NCBI GenBank assembly: GCA_964016885.1
Contig: OZ024740.1
Coordinates: forward strand, 326,368,001-326,432,000
Length of the DNA: 64,000 nt
Source of the DNA: Eledone cirrhosa
Taxonomy: Eukaryota
Reading direction: 5' to 3'
Each line of letters starts with the position of its first letter. The stretch's first letter is position 1. The notes beneath the pieces were generated by a model that searched no databases, was not told the origin of the DNA, and worked only from the letters and a program-made list of their open reading frames with translations. Positions 43,897-57,306 of the stretch are shown here, one piece after another. Made by a program: the position numbers and the translations under genes.

Positions 43897-46800
43897 TATA
43901 TATACACATATATATATATATATATATATATCAGATAGGGTGTGGTAAAAAACCAGGTGGACCATATCCCGCCAGAGTACTTGATATAGGCGTAGTAGAG
44001 TGGGTAATATGAAAAGATTCAGGGTGTCCTGAATCTTTTCATATATATATATAGGGGTGGGTAAAACAAAGAAGACAAATGATTACTTAATAATGGTGGA
44101 TAATTGGATATCTGTGATGTATCACTCTAGTTAGTCAAGATGACAGTTTTGGCACTTTATTCAAGTTCACGCAGCAAAGGAAAAAAATATAATAATAATA
44201 ATAAACCAACAATGAAGAAATGCTGTGCATTTGGTTCAATTTAGCTGACAGATTTTATCATTGAATGTGATTGCTTTTTAGGAAATGTTAATAAATGAGA
44301 GAAAATATTTACTGCACACAAGGCTAGTCCATTATGGGCAACAAAACAATTCTTTTTTTAACAAAGATAAAGAGCAGTCTTGATGAATAGAAAAAAAAAA
44401 ATAGGGAGATTTTATATTTCACTAAATTTCAAGTAGGTTATTATAATTAGTATTTTTAGAGATAAACATGTATAAAAAAGAAATGAAATCAATCCAATTA
44501 CACTATATCTGCTTGTTCTACCAAAAAGTGATTCTCTCAAAAGATCAACATATTTTGTTTTATTTTTAAACTAAAAATAGTTGCTATACAGTTGTAGGTT
44601 AAGCTTCAGGTGTGTATTCTGAAAGTTAAATGAAGTAAACATAGCTTGAAAAGTTTTCTTCTGAATCAAAGAAATCATCTTTTATCTTAACCCAACCCCA
44701 CATCAATCAAATAACACAAATCACCTAATTCAGCTCAAAATTTCTCCATAAACCATTATAACTCTAAATTCTATTCTTGTAGAAGATTCAAGTTCAACTT
44801 CGTAGACCACTCTAAGTTTCCATTTAGCTCAGCACAGCTTAGTTCTTCATATTTTCTGTTCTTACATGTTCTGCTGTTAAGTACAGAGAGCAACTGTTTA
44901 ATTCTTCACCTATAAAACATTTCATAATTGATAGCTTCAAACAAATAATACACACACACACACACATATATATATATTAGTGAGAGTAGAGGTAACTAGC
45001 CGAAACTGCCAGGCACACAGTAGATTCCTCTACTCTCACTAATCTGCATCTTACCATGTATAGAATACTTCTTTGATTTGTGGTCTTCCTGGTCCCAGTA
45101 TGGCAGACTATCAATATATATATATATATATATTTCTTTAGGCCGCTATCAGTCACTAATGGCCATGGTTTTGCACCTAGAAAGTTTCCCTCCGAGGCAC
45201 AAGCATGGGCAAGGTTTGTTTGTGGAAGACCAGCAGCTGCCCATGCATATCAGTCTCTCCTCTCCATGCCACTGATATTGTCCAAGGGAAAGGCAAAGGC
45301 TGATACAGCTTGGCACTAGTGACATCGCAACGTGAAATAAAGTGTCTTTCTCAAAGGCAAAACACATCACCTAGTCCGCGAATGAAACTCACGGCCTCTT
45401 AATTGCAAGCCATGTGCCTTTTCACACACACACACACACATATATATAAAAATAAATATACACATACATACACACACCATTGTTACTCATAACATATATC
45501 TCCAGTTTCCCATTTTATCTCCTATATATTACTTCTCTTTCGTGTTCAAGCTGTTTAATGCTAATCTATATAGCCACAATTGAAAGCCTGGCTACAAAGA
45601 TTATAGTGCATTTGTATCCCCGCGTCCTTAGACAACAATTTTGCATGAAACTACTGAAAATCAAATAACATTTCACTGTTGAATATTTAGAATTTAATAC
45701 AAATATCTAGCAGTCACACTATGTTATATGTTGCCACTGAACTTGTTAATGGTAAGAAAATCTCTTTCAAATCATATCTTAATGTTTAAAAAAAAAAAAA
45801 ATGCATGCCGAGAGTAAAAAAGACAAGATGTTCACGAAAGAATCACCTTTGGTCATGTCTACTCAATCAAAGTTGATCTGAGCCTCAATAACAACACTTG
45901 CACATTTTTCAACATTTTCAGGATGGTTCAAATGTTTGGGATTGAGTGGTAAAATATAACTCTTCACAGTGTCAGATTAAAGGCTTTTGATGCAAAGTTT
46001 GTAGAAATAGCAAAGATAACGAAAAAAGAAATAGTTTTTCTTTTTTTAAATAAACACTAATTCTGCTCTTTGCTTTAACATCTTTCGTTCAATTCTAAAT
46101 GTGCAAATACTTCAAACTTTTTTCTTTTTAAAATTAAAAGGATATGTTGCCAATTAACTTCAGAATGCTTTAATGTTAGAATTTCTGTTGGCAGGAGTTA
46201 GCATCTCGCCTGAAACTGCTTCTGGTTCCATGATAGAAAAATCGCTTGTGTTTATATTTAAATTAAAATCTTTCACTTAAGTTATGTTCCAAACACCAGT
46301 TAAATAATAAAAGAAAAAACATTATTACACTAAATCCCTCCAAATTCTCAATTATTTTCAAAATTAACTGAAACACATTGGACAATGTATTTGCATTGGA
46401 AATATGGTCATAAAAGGGTTAAACCTGGTTTGTTAATTAGAAAAACAGATTTAAACAATTAATATTTCAAGAAAAAATTAAAATAAAGGCAAAAAAGATT
46501 GTCAGAAGTAATTTTTTCTCTTCTTTTCAAGTTCACTTTGGAATCTGACATGTAAACCCAGTGTAAAAATAAATAATTCATATCAGAAATTGTTGTAGAT
46601 TTGGAATTATTTTCATCATAATTATTATAATCATAGTTTTCTTTTTAAAAATTCTTTTTTTTACAAAGATCCAAAAATGCTTAAGGCACTATTTAATGGA
46701 TATACAGCTATATCTCCCATCCAGGGACAACCATCAAACAAAAGCCAAACAGCATTACTAAAGAGTTCTTTGTTGTTGTTATAATTATTATTATTATTAT

Positions 46801-47138
46801 CATTATCATTACTATTATTATCATCAGTAATATTTTTGTTTAATCTGGAAATATAAAACAGCACAAACTTTAAAATCATTACAGAAGAGCTTGAAAAAGT
46901 GGGTAAGAGAAGAAAAATAAAATATTCATACAATTCTTACACTAAAAATTGATAACAAAACAGAAGCATATTTAAAAAAGAATGTTCATATATTTTAACA
47001 ATTATCTTTTTCTTCTTTTTAAAAATGATACTTTAGATTAAAGTATTTGAAATAACTTCTATTTCAATAGATATTATTTCCCTTTGGATGGATAGGAAGA
47101 ATGGATGGATGAATTGCATGTTTAGTTTGTGTATGGAG

Positions 47139-47364
47139 TTGACCCTTTAGCATTTACATTACTCTATATTTACTATTGAATTTTCACAATAAAGGCTTTA
47201 CTTCACATAATTATCTCATAATATTGAATCTATAAGATTTTGATATTATCTATTTTGAGAACAATACTTTAACATCAGTATAAGTGGCTGGTTAAAGCCA
47301 GTTTGAACAGAAAGAGGTGAGAGAATTCTGGTCGGATATGCCAGTTTAAATGCTAAAGGGTTAA
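47139..47364 (-). mobile_element. piggyBac-type MITE P1
   Basis: Reverse-orientation copy with CCC...GGG-TTAA ends. Confidence 0.88.
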
Positions 47365-48556
47365 TCATAACAGTTTAACACTATTCAGTAAATCACTGAA
47401 GTTCTATGATTTTTTTAAAAAATAAAAATGTCGAGTTATATATTTGATTTTATTTAGCTTCAAATAATGAGATTTTATGTTATTTCTTATGATTGCAGCT
47501 ATTAATAGATTTCTGGCACTGTGGAATAATTGTGAATAAAAAACTAACTACATCTGACAAGTGTTCTGTCTGTCTGTCTGTATGTATGTATATATAGTGT
47601 TGTGATTCAGTGAATCCTCTGCAAAACGCACGTAACAGGTCGCTACACAATAAAAACCTAAAAACATATAAACAAAACTTTGTTTTTTATAATATATATC
47701 ATCATCACTGTTTAATGTCCATTGTCCATGTTAGTATGGGTTAGATGAGCTGTCCCATTGTGATACAAGCCAAGTCCGATGATCATCTTTTGCTCATACA
47801 GAACTGATTTGGGCTTGGTTTCTTATGGCTGGATGCCTTTCCTAATGCCAACCACATTTAGTGTGTAATGGGTATATATAGCTAACGTTTTTTTTTAAAT
47901 ATTAGAAACATAAAAATTTGACAACATAAAAAAAGGCAACTGAATATATTTCAGTAAATAGTTGAAATAATTCAACACTACTTTAAAAATGGTGAAATAA
48001 AAAAAACCAAAAACATTCAGGGTAAGTATAAAAACACTTAGAAGAAATGTAATTATTATTTTTCAACTGTTCCCTGATTCAACTCCAGAAACTAACAGCA
48101 ATGATTAATCAAGCAATCTGGTACCAGATGATTGTGTGTAAATAGGAACAGAAGGAGACTATGCAAACAACAGTTTTCCTTTTTCATAATAATCATCATC
48201 ATCATTTTTATGCCCACTTTTCCATGATGGTATGGGTTGGATGGGATGTTTTGAGACTGTTTTACAGCCAGATGTCCTTCCTGATGCTGACGGTTTTTAG
48301 TTGCCCCTTACAGAATGCAGGGATTTAGAGAAAAAAAAAACAACCCAAAACCTTCACCTTAGTATGAGATGATGCTATTCATTCAAAATGTCCGTACTCC
48401 TAAGTTTTAAATTTACACTTAGGTATTTATAAACAGTCAACAATATTTTTTCTTAAATATAAAAAAAAAAAAATAATCAAGAGCTACAAAATATTTGAAG
48501 CTTTAAAATGGATAATTCAGTTAAAATGTTTTTTTGTTTTGTTTGTTTTTTAATAA

Positions 48557-51500
48557 TTAAGACATCTCATTGAATCCAGTTGAGGGTTTGTCAAGTAGCT
48601 CAAGCTGCAACGTAACAAGAAAAAGATCAGCAATACTTTCATGCACGGAATTTGGGAGAGTATATGTCTCGCCCAGCTGTGATCGGATGAGTTTTAAATG
48701 GGGCCTTAGTTTATCATGCCAGCTAATAGCTGGATCGTCACGACAACGTTCAGCTAACTTGTCTCTGAGAGACCATAGTTTTGAAACCAGGGACTTGCTA
48801 CTAGAATTATTGTTTGTATAGAGAGAATTAGGACAAGCCACAACCATTCTGGAAGAGTTGCTGCGATTACTAGTTTTTAATGTAGGAACTTCTACACTGT
48901 TTGTGTCCATTGAACTAAAACGAGGTACAACACGAGAATTCCTAGGCTCCATAGCAGAGCATTCCAATTGATCTGAGTTTCCTTGGTTACGACCAAATGA
49001 AGCTAAATCTAAAATACGATTGCTAACTTTGCCAAGTGGTGAACCAAATCGATTGGGTGTTGACATAGCAGATAGACTGGATGATACCGCAGTAACAGAG
49101 TGAGCGTTTCTTTCAATGGACGAAGTAATACTAACACTAGAATCAGACAAAAACTGCTGTTGGAGATGGTTTGCAGCCCGCCTGTGATCATTAGAGCTAC
49201 TACTGTTGGTGCCCCAAATGTCATCAATTTTGGGACCATTAGAAGAGATTGAGGGACTTTTCATTTGCGATTGGTTACCAGCAGCAAAATTATCTTCAGA
49301 ATTAGTATCATCGTCTATAGTAATAGCATCTTCAGTAGTTTCCGGTGCAGAGGGAGATGCCTGAGATACAACTGTTCTATCAGAGGAGTCCGGAGATTTC
49401 TTCTGGCTAGTTAATCTTCCAGTTAAAATGCCAGAACTAAACAGCGACACTGTTGATTCTTTCAGTGAATCCTTACCTAATAACATACTAGAATTTGTTG
49501 CGGTAAAATCCATATTCTCCCCGACTCTATCAACCAAACCTGACGTACTCGGAAGATCACTGTCTAAGGATAAGGATGGCATTGTACCATGGGAACCATC
49601 CAGCAATGATGGTACCACAGACTCTTGAGAATTACTATTACCACTTAAATGGTTTTGCAACAGTACATAGAGTTCTTGTTTAACATCAGGCCAAGTTGCA
49701 AAACCACCTTCTTCAGGACTTAAATGAAGCATTTTTTTAAAACGGAATGCCCATGGTTCAGTGAGATCAAAAACTGTAGCAAGTGCTGAGGTCAACTGTC
49801 CTTCATCACTGAAGAGATACTCTTGGTATTCTTTTTCGGTAACTGTGGTCAGTGGACGTTCATAAGGGCTTAAGTTCCGCAACTGGTCCTCAGTATAACC
49901 GAGGAAGAAATCTTTCCGTCTTCTTCGCAGCAAAACATCGACTCTTTCTAAAATGCTGAGTTCCATCTGGTCAACAGAAGGAAAAACAGGTGTGCTATGA
50001 GAAGAGCTTACTTTGTTGTTATCAACAGACCAATTTGCATCAGTGCTGATGGTTGTTGAGGAGGATTCATATTTTTCTTCTCGTTCTACTTTTATAAGAG
50101 GACTGATGTTCAGACTCGATGAACTTGGGTACTCATTCAAATGATGGTTGTTTGATTCATCCATTGAGGCAAGATGGAGGCCAAGTAGTTTGTCGTCTTC
50201 TCGTCTAAATGGAGGGATCAATGTGTCTGGGCTGCCACTAAGAGAGAGAAGTGAGGTAGCTGAGCTACTGATTGCTGAGCCTGAACAACTGATGTGTATG
50301 GCCTTTGTGTCACGAGATGACCCATCGAGTGAATGATGCTTTTCAAGAGAAGCCCGTGAATTGCTGTTGCCAATACGTGCACGATGGACATCATAGAGCT
50401 CACTATATTGTCGCCACAACTGTGTGGCATACAGTTTAGCTTCACCCAAACCTGAAATTAAATAGATTTGAGTTTATTCCATCAGTTCAAACCATTAAAA
50501 TATAACAAGAAATACAATCGAAGATTTTTTTTTAACAATAACAAAAAAGTGGAAGAGAATGAGAGTGAGAGAAAGGAAAAACTTACTTCGAAATCCTCCT
50601 TTTGAACTGTCAGTTCCCAAACGGCGCCGGAATTCTTTAGCCCAATCAGCATCAGATTCCAAACAATACTTTAGCTTCACAATACGACAATATTCACTCC
50701 TGCAAGAAATTAAAAGTTATTTAAAAGTTAACATAACCTACTAAAATAGATATGTTAATAAAACAAGATGTTTTTACACTCCTCACGTATCACAAAACAA
50801 TATTACTAAAAGTATCACTTCTCATATATTACTAAAAGTAAGAATGATTTGTAAAGGACAAAGACTGACATTTTCTTTAATTATCTTTAAACTAGAATAA
50901 GATGCTGTATATATTACATAATTTCTACTTTTTAAAGTAAATATAAATAAAATATCTTATTTTAGCTTACATTCTAGAAAATTTGGCCTCTAAAATAATT
51001 TTCTTAACTTTCAAGGATGAAAAAGATAAAGAACTTTTTATATTATTATTATAAATTAATCGTCCTGGTGACCAAAAAGAAATAATTATTATTATAAATG
51101 GCAAATACTATTTAAATCTAAATAATTTCTATGCATGTTATTACGCTAGATATACAAATACATTTCAGAGAGAGCTTAGACATCTTGTAAATTAAGTTAA
51201 TTCTAAACTAGAGTCCATGAATTTTTCTTTTAATTATTACTCCTATATAGAGGATCAATTAAACAAAATTTTCTACTTCTCAGATAAAAAAAAAAAAAAA
51301 AAAAAATTTCGAAGAATTAGTAAACATAGAAACATTTAGAATGGAAATATGAAAATATGAATGGGCAAATACATTTTCTTTTACCACATCGGTAAAAGAA
51401 ACAACCCAACAAATAACAAATAAATAAACAAGATAGATTTTTAAAATATCTTAAAATCAACTGACTTGATGAAGTGATCTAAATTAAACTGGATGCAATA

Positions 51501-54500
51501 CATACTGGATGAAGTGGAGGACACTAGAATATTGCTAATGATGGTTATTATTTTTAAAAATTATCTATACATCCCATGGTAATTTAGGACAAAATGCATC
51601 ACAAGTCATAAGTATAAACAATGCATTAAACTAAGACTAAAGAACAGACTTTTAATGAAATTATGTTTTCACACAGCAAAATATATACATATATATATAT
51701 ATATATATAATAATAGTAATAATAATAAACAAGAAAGACGCACACACTACTACTAGTATTTTCTCAAAACTAATCAACCAATAAGCTAAGGGTTATAATC
51801 CAACACTAGAGTTAAGATAAATGGTTAAACAAACCAAATTGAATCACATTTTTTAATTTCTTCATTTTGAAGGTGATTGGGGATAGCCAAGACAAATAGA
51901 GTGTCAAGTTAAATAATTACAATATTTATTTTCCTCCATCTATTTTACAAACTAAAAAAAAAAAAAATTTTTTTTTAAATTAAAAAAAAAAATAAAAAAA
52001 AATAAAAAAAAAAAAAAAAAAATCGCACATGGGTTAATTTCACATTTCATCTCAGCAAACATCCAATAAGCTGAGGTATGCCATAGTAATTTCTTGGTTG
52101 AAAAATTATTTTTTTGAAATACAATTCAAAATAGTAAGAAAAATCCAATGAAAAATACAATCTTTTGTGTCACAATGTCATATATAAGGCTTGATTGGCT
52201 GACATGATGAAAGAAAGATAAAATGAAAAGAATGTATAAAGCAAGAGTATTTTGAATAACACAGGTATAATAGCTTCATGGATAATCAGTTTGGACATAT
52301 GAAAACATCTTGAAATATCTTTTAGTAAAAGAAATATCCATAACTTTTCATGCAGCATTTAAAAGATAAATGAACTGATATTTATTGAAGAAGACAAAAC
52401 AAAATTCAAACATCCAGTTTTATACTGTACTTCGTTGTACATTTATCAAAATATTTCAGTATTTTCACAAAGAATAAAAGGAATTCTTTATTTTCTTGCA
52501 GTCAGCTATAAAGTGTGTTCTGAAGAACAGTTTTCATTAAATCAGAGATAAACTCTTCCAGACGTAGACGTATAGCTTCCAGAATTAAGTTACTTCTTCA
52601 CACCTTGCTTTGCTGCTGCAGTAACTCACACATTTACCCACTCTCAAAAAAGTTCAAATCCAGTCAATAATATACAATCAGATTTTTTTGCACATATGCA
52701 TTTGTATGTATAGGCCCATAACTCGTAATGGAGTTGTAGGGGTGCTGTCTTTGACATTTTAAAACTGGCAGAACCCATACCTCTCCAGGTCTGAATACAG
52801 TCAATTTCTTTCAGAGAAGGACAGTGAGTGAGAAAAAAATATAGTGAAAGAATTGATCCCAGTACTGAACTGGTATTTCTTTCTGATGACAGTCAATTCA
52901 CCACCTATGTATTTAGACAGTGTATAACATACATAATAATTATAAGAAGAATATTTAATAAATAGTGTAAAACATGGAAACTAAATTCTCCAGAGAAAGT
53001 TTTGACCATAGGACATACTGAGACCTCAACAAACTGTGAGACATAAGCATCTGATTTTGTGTTTTTATAACTTACAACAATTAGATACTTAGAAACAAGT
53101 TTTAAGAATTCTTTATACAATATGTAGAGCAACCAAAACTCATTGAACAATAGTGAACTTATTAGTTTCAATCTAATATTGTTAAGTTGTTTCTATTTCA
53201 GTGACTTCAATCAGAAATATTAATCTAAGTTTCACACATAACACATACTTTATTTAAACAATAAACTTGCCAACAAGGAGATGGTCATTCAACCTGCTAG
53301 AAATAGCAGCTAAATATCACTCAAACCATATTACTATTGTATTTAAAAGGGAAACAACATATTAGATATTGTTGTCCTAAATACTTTTAAAAAGACAGGA
53401 TAGTAACAGCTAGAATACTTTTAATCACATGTCTGATTGAACAGAATTGACTTGGGGCAAAACAAACAAACTTGTGAATGTGTGTGTATGTATAAACACA
53501 TGCATTATACAAACACATATAATATACATGTGGGTGTATATCAATCCTTTTGAAATTACAGCCTCATTGTTGAGGGCTTGCAAGATACTCACAGCTATGT
53601 TAGGCCTAGTATAAAGATCTTGATAAACTTTAACTTATCTAGCTACAAATATATTTACTTTTGCCAATAACATTTGCCGTTCTTTTAAGTGACTTGTGAA
53701 AGTTTATGAACCCTAATCACCTAAAATCAGATGAAGTGGATGAATTTGCTGTCACAGCCAATAATACGACAGACTCTCATACACCCACTCATTGAAATGG
53801 ATACTTCTAACTCTACTAAAATCGATTTTGTGTACAGATCATTGTTTGATATACAAACAATAAAAATATTCAAAGAAACTTAGTGGCTACTAAGATCTAA
53901 GAAGGAACAGTGAGAGACAGTAAACTGGACTTGACAATTCTTAAGGGATATTTCACAAATAATCACATGCAAATATGCTTCTACAACTGAAGTTACTATT
54001 ATCATTAAAACTTCAGTTGCTGTTAACCATAAAAATTGCCTCCAAACAGCTGATATTCATAACAATATATCATTAGGGTATATCTTTAAAAAAAACACAA
54101 ACAAACATTGTCTTTATTGCTGCAAATCAGCAATGAAATAATGATTTCAAATTCAAGCAGAATGAAGCGATTCTGACATGATCAAATGTTCAAAGTAACA
54201 ATCAGTGTTTCAATCAAAATAGAAAAAACGAACTTTTTGAGGAGATTGGTTTCACTAATGTTGCTTGCTTTTTTTTTCATTTTAATATTTTAACAACACA
54301 AGACTTTGGTTATGCATAACCTTTTTCTTTCATATGGATTATTCTGTGATGACAACTGAAGCCAGAGGTTCAAATTTTCTTCTTGAGGAATTTTACTGCA
54401 GAAAATTCTCTCAAAATTCTTTCAATAAATGCTTTTGTTGGTGAAAGAAAAATAGTGAACTGGTGGGTAACACTTTATATTTTACAAAATCATATTTTAT

Positions 54501-56801
54501 GCTATAACAGTTGGTAGTATGGATATCATACACTACAGGAATATTTAGAATTAGATCAGGAATATAGTGTCCTCCCCCAACTAGAATTTTATGTAAGGGA
54601 GGTTTTTAAGTTGTTCTTGGCATTTAAGTGAAACTTTTTATTTACCCCTCCTATTTCCTCCAGATCTGGTCCAGAAAATATAAAGCCTTATATGAAGAGA
54701 CTAGATCGGATTTTAAAATTCAGTTGATATAAATGTTTAGTTTTTTTATCATAATCTTATTTACAATTGAAATCAACTACAAAATAACGTTCTGTAGCTG
54801 ATTTAAAAATGTAATAATAATGGCTTTTTTTTAAACATTTCCTTTTATTCTAAAGATAATTATCAATTCCTAGGTAATCTTGTTATTTTATAAAAAAAAA
54901 AAAAAAATTTTTTTTAAAGTGAGTTCACATGTTAGTGACTAAAGAAAGCTGACAATAGAAAGTTAATAATGAAAGAAAAAAAAAAGCAGGATGGTCTGAG
55001 GTAATAAACAACAATGTGGGGCCAAAACAAAAATCCAACCATTCGAAAATATTTTTTTTATCACAAAGAATTCTTTTTTTTTCTTCAAATGAGTTTATCA
55101 TCATTCTTGAAAATAAGTAATTTATCTTCCTTATGATATAAGTAATTCATCTTGCCTATTCTTAAACCCAGGAAATCTAATATGTATATTTAAATGTTTT
55201 AATCGTCAAAATCTAAAACATATAAAGTGGGGATAAACTAAGTGAAAAATTTTACTTTAAATTACTTTGACAAAGCCAAGCTTTTTTTCCACGCAAAAAC
55301 TGTACATAGAAGTATTGTTTTCTAAATATGTTAGATAGAGGGGAGAAAAATAAAATAAATTTGTCAGTGATTGGCAGATGATATGTGCAAATAACCTCTT
55401 ACATAGGTTTTTGCAATTACCTCCATTTGCAATAGCTATGTGCTTGTGGGTTAAACAAAACATAATGGTTACATCTACAGCATCTGAAATGACAGAAATG
55501 GTCAATGAATTAACATACATCACAGTATTAACTTAGCCATACCGTAACTTGGCTTTCAGAATACTGCCTGGGATTGCAAACTAAGACTGTAGCATTGACT
55601 CAAGTAAACATGTTTTTCGATAGACCAAAAAAAAAATCATTTGAAAAACACTGCAAAAATATATCAATATAACAAAAATACAAAGCAATAGAAAAATTTT
55701 GTCACTGATAATTATAATTTAGTAAACAATCAAATTAAAAATAGATCACTTTCCTTTATTTTGTCTACGTAGGTACAAACAACCAGGACGGTTAATCAAC
55801 ATCATCTGCAATACAGAACCATTCTAAGTGTCTCTTACTTGCAATATTTTATCTCTGGTTTAACTTCATGCTAAATCTTAATTCTACTTTTGTCTCAGTT
55901 ACCTCCAATTAACATTTTATATCAATTTTTCACTCCGCATTTAACTTTGATGTCTTATTTATAGATATTTTACTTGTATAACTTGGACAACCATGTCTCT
56001 ATCCCATTGCAGTTAAAATCAAATACATTTACTTTATTCATTATATCATTATTGTTTATATGTGTTATTTTTTCTATGGTGGGCATGAGTTGGACAAGAC
56101 ATTTCTGAAGCTGTATTCTATGGCCATATGTCATTGCTGGTACCGACTCTTATTTCAAAGTCAGTTACTGATCTTCATATGTTTAACTGCTGAGCTGAGA
56201 CTTTTGTTTATGCAGGACAAACAACATTACTAGCAGTGTTTAATGTGCAGTGAAAACACAAAGGCAAACGCATGCACACACACACACATATATATAATCA
56301 TCATTTTACGTCTGCTTTTCCCTGCTTGCAAGGGTGGGACGGGAACTGATTCTGGCTTGATTTCTACAGCTGGATGCCCTTCCTAACACCAACCTCATTT
56401 ACAGTGAGTGCTGGGTGCTTTTTTTTCCGTGGCGCCTCCACGTCCACTTTACAGTGTGGGCTGGGTGCTTTTTTTGCCGTGGCACCTCCACGATCACTTT
56501 GCAGTGGAATGATAGGGAACCCAGTCCTATCATCTCATTTCTACAGCTGAGTAAACTGGAGCAATGTGAAATAAAGTGTCTTGCTCAAGGACACAACACA
56601 TCACCCAGTCTGAGAATTGAACTCACAACCTTTCGATTGCAAGGCCAATACTCTAAACACTAAGCCATATATATATATACACACATCATCATCATCATCA
56701 TCTATTTTCCCATGCTAGCAGAATCTTAATAGATCATAAATTGAGTTTCTCATTTCATACCAGGGTGTTTACTTAGCAACCTACCTACACACATGTATGT
56801 A

Positions 56802-56863
<62 letters not shown>

Positions 56864-57275
56864 AAAGACTTAGTCATGCAGGCTTTTTTTTTAAACTATC
56901 ATATAATAGACATCACACTGCCCGGCCTGTTTTCCTCTATTCTTCCTTCTTACCTTTTCTATGCCTCAGGCTAGCTCTTATTATTCTCTTCTGTTTTATT
57001 ATTTCTCTCCTTTGGCCAAGCCCTTGCGCATTCTATATTTGTGTAATTTGTCTAAAGGCATAACTTGTCTCTACCTGTTTTATTGTCCTAATGTGCACTG
57101 GAATGAACGATATCAACCTTAATGTACCAAAACCCTAGAAATTTCAGAGGTTGACTGAGGAAGTGAGACTGTCTGTCTTTTCATTGTTTTTTTTCCATTG
57201 TCTGTGTCCTGTGCGCTCCCTATTTTGAATATATATATATATATATATATATACATCTATATATATATATATATA

Positions 57276-57306
<31 letters not shown>

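Noticed and set aside
43199-48556. 5-kb 3' UTR of the minus-strand gene ending at AATAAA near 43200
   Set aside because: Plausible, but AATAAA is too frequent in this AT-rich DNA to call without transcript data.
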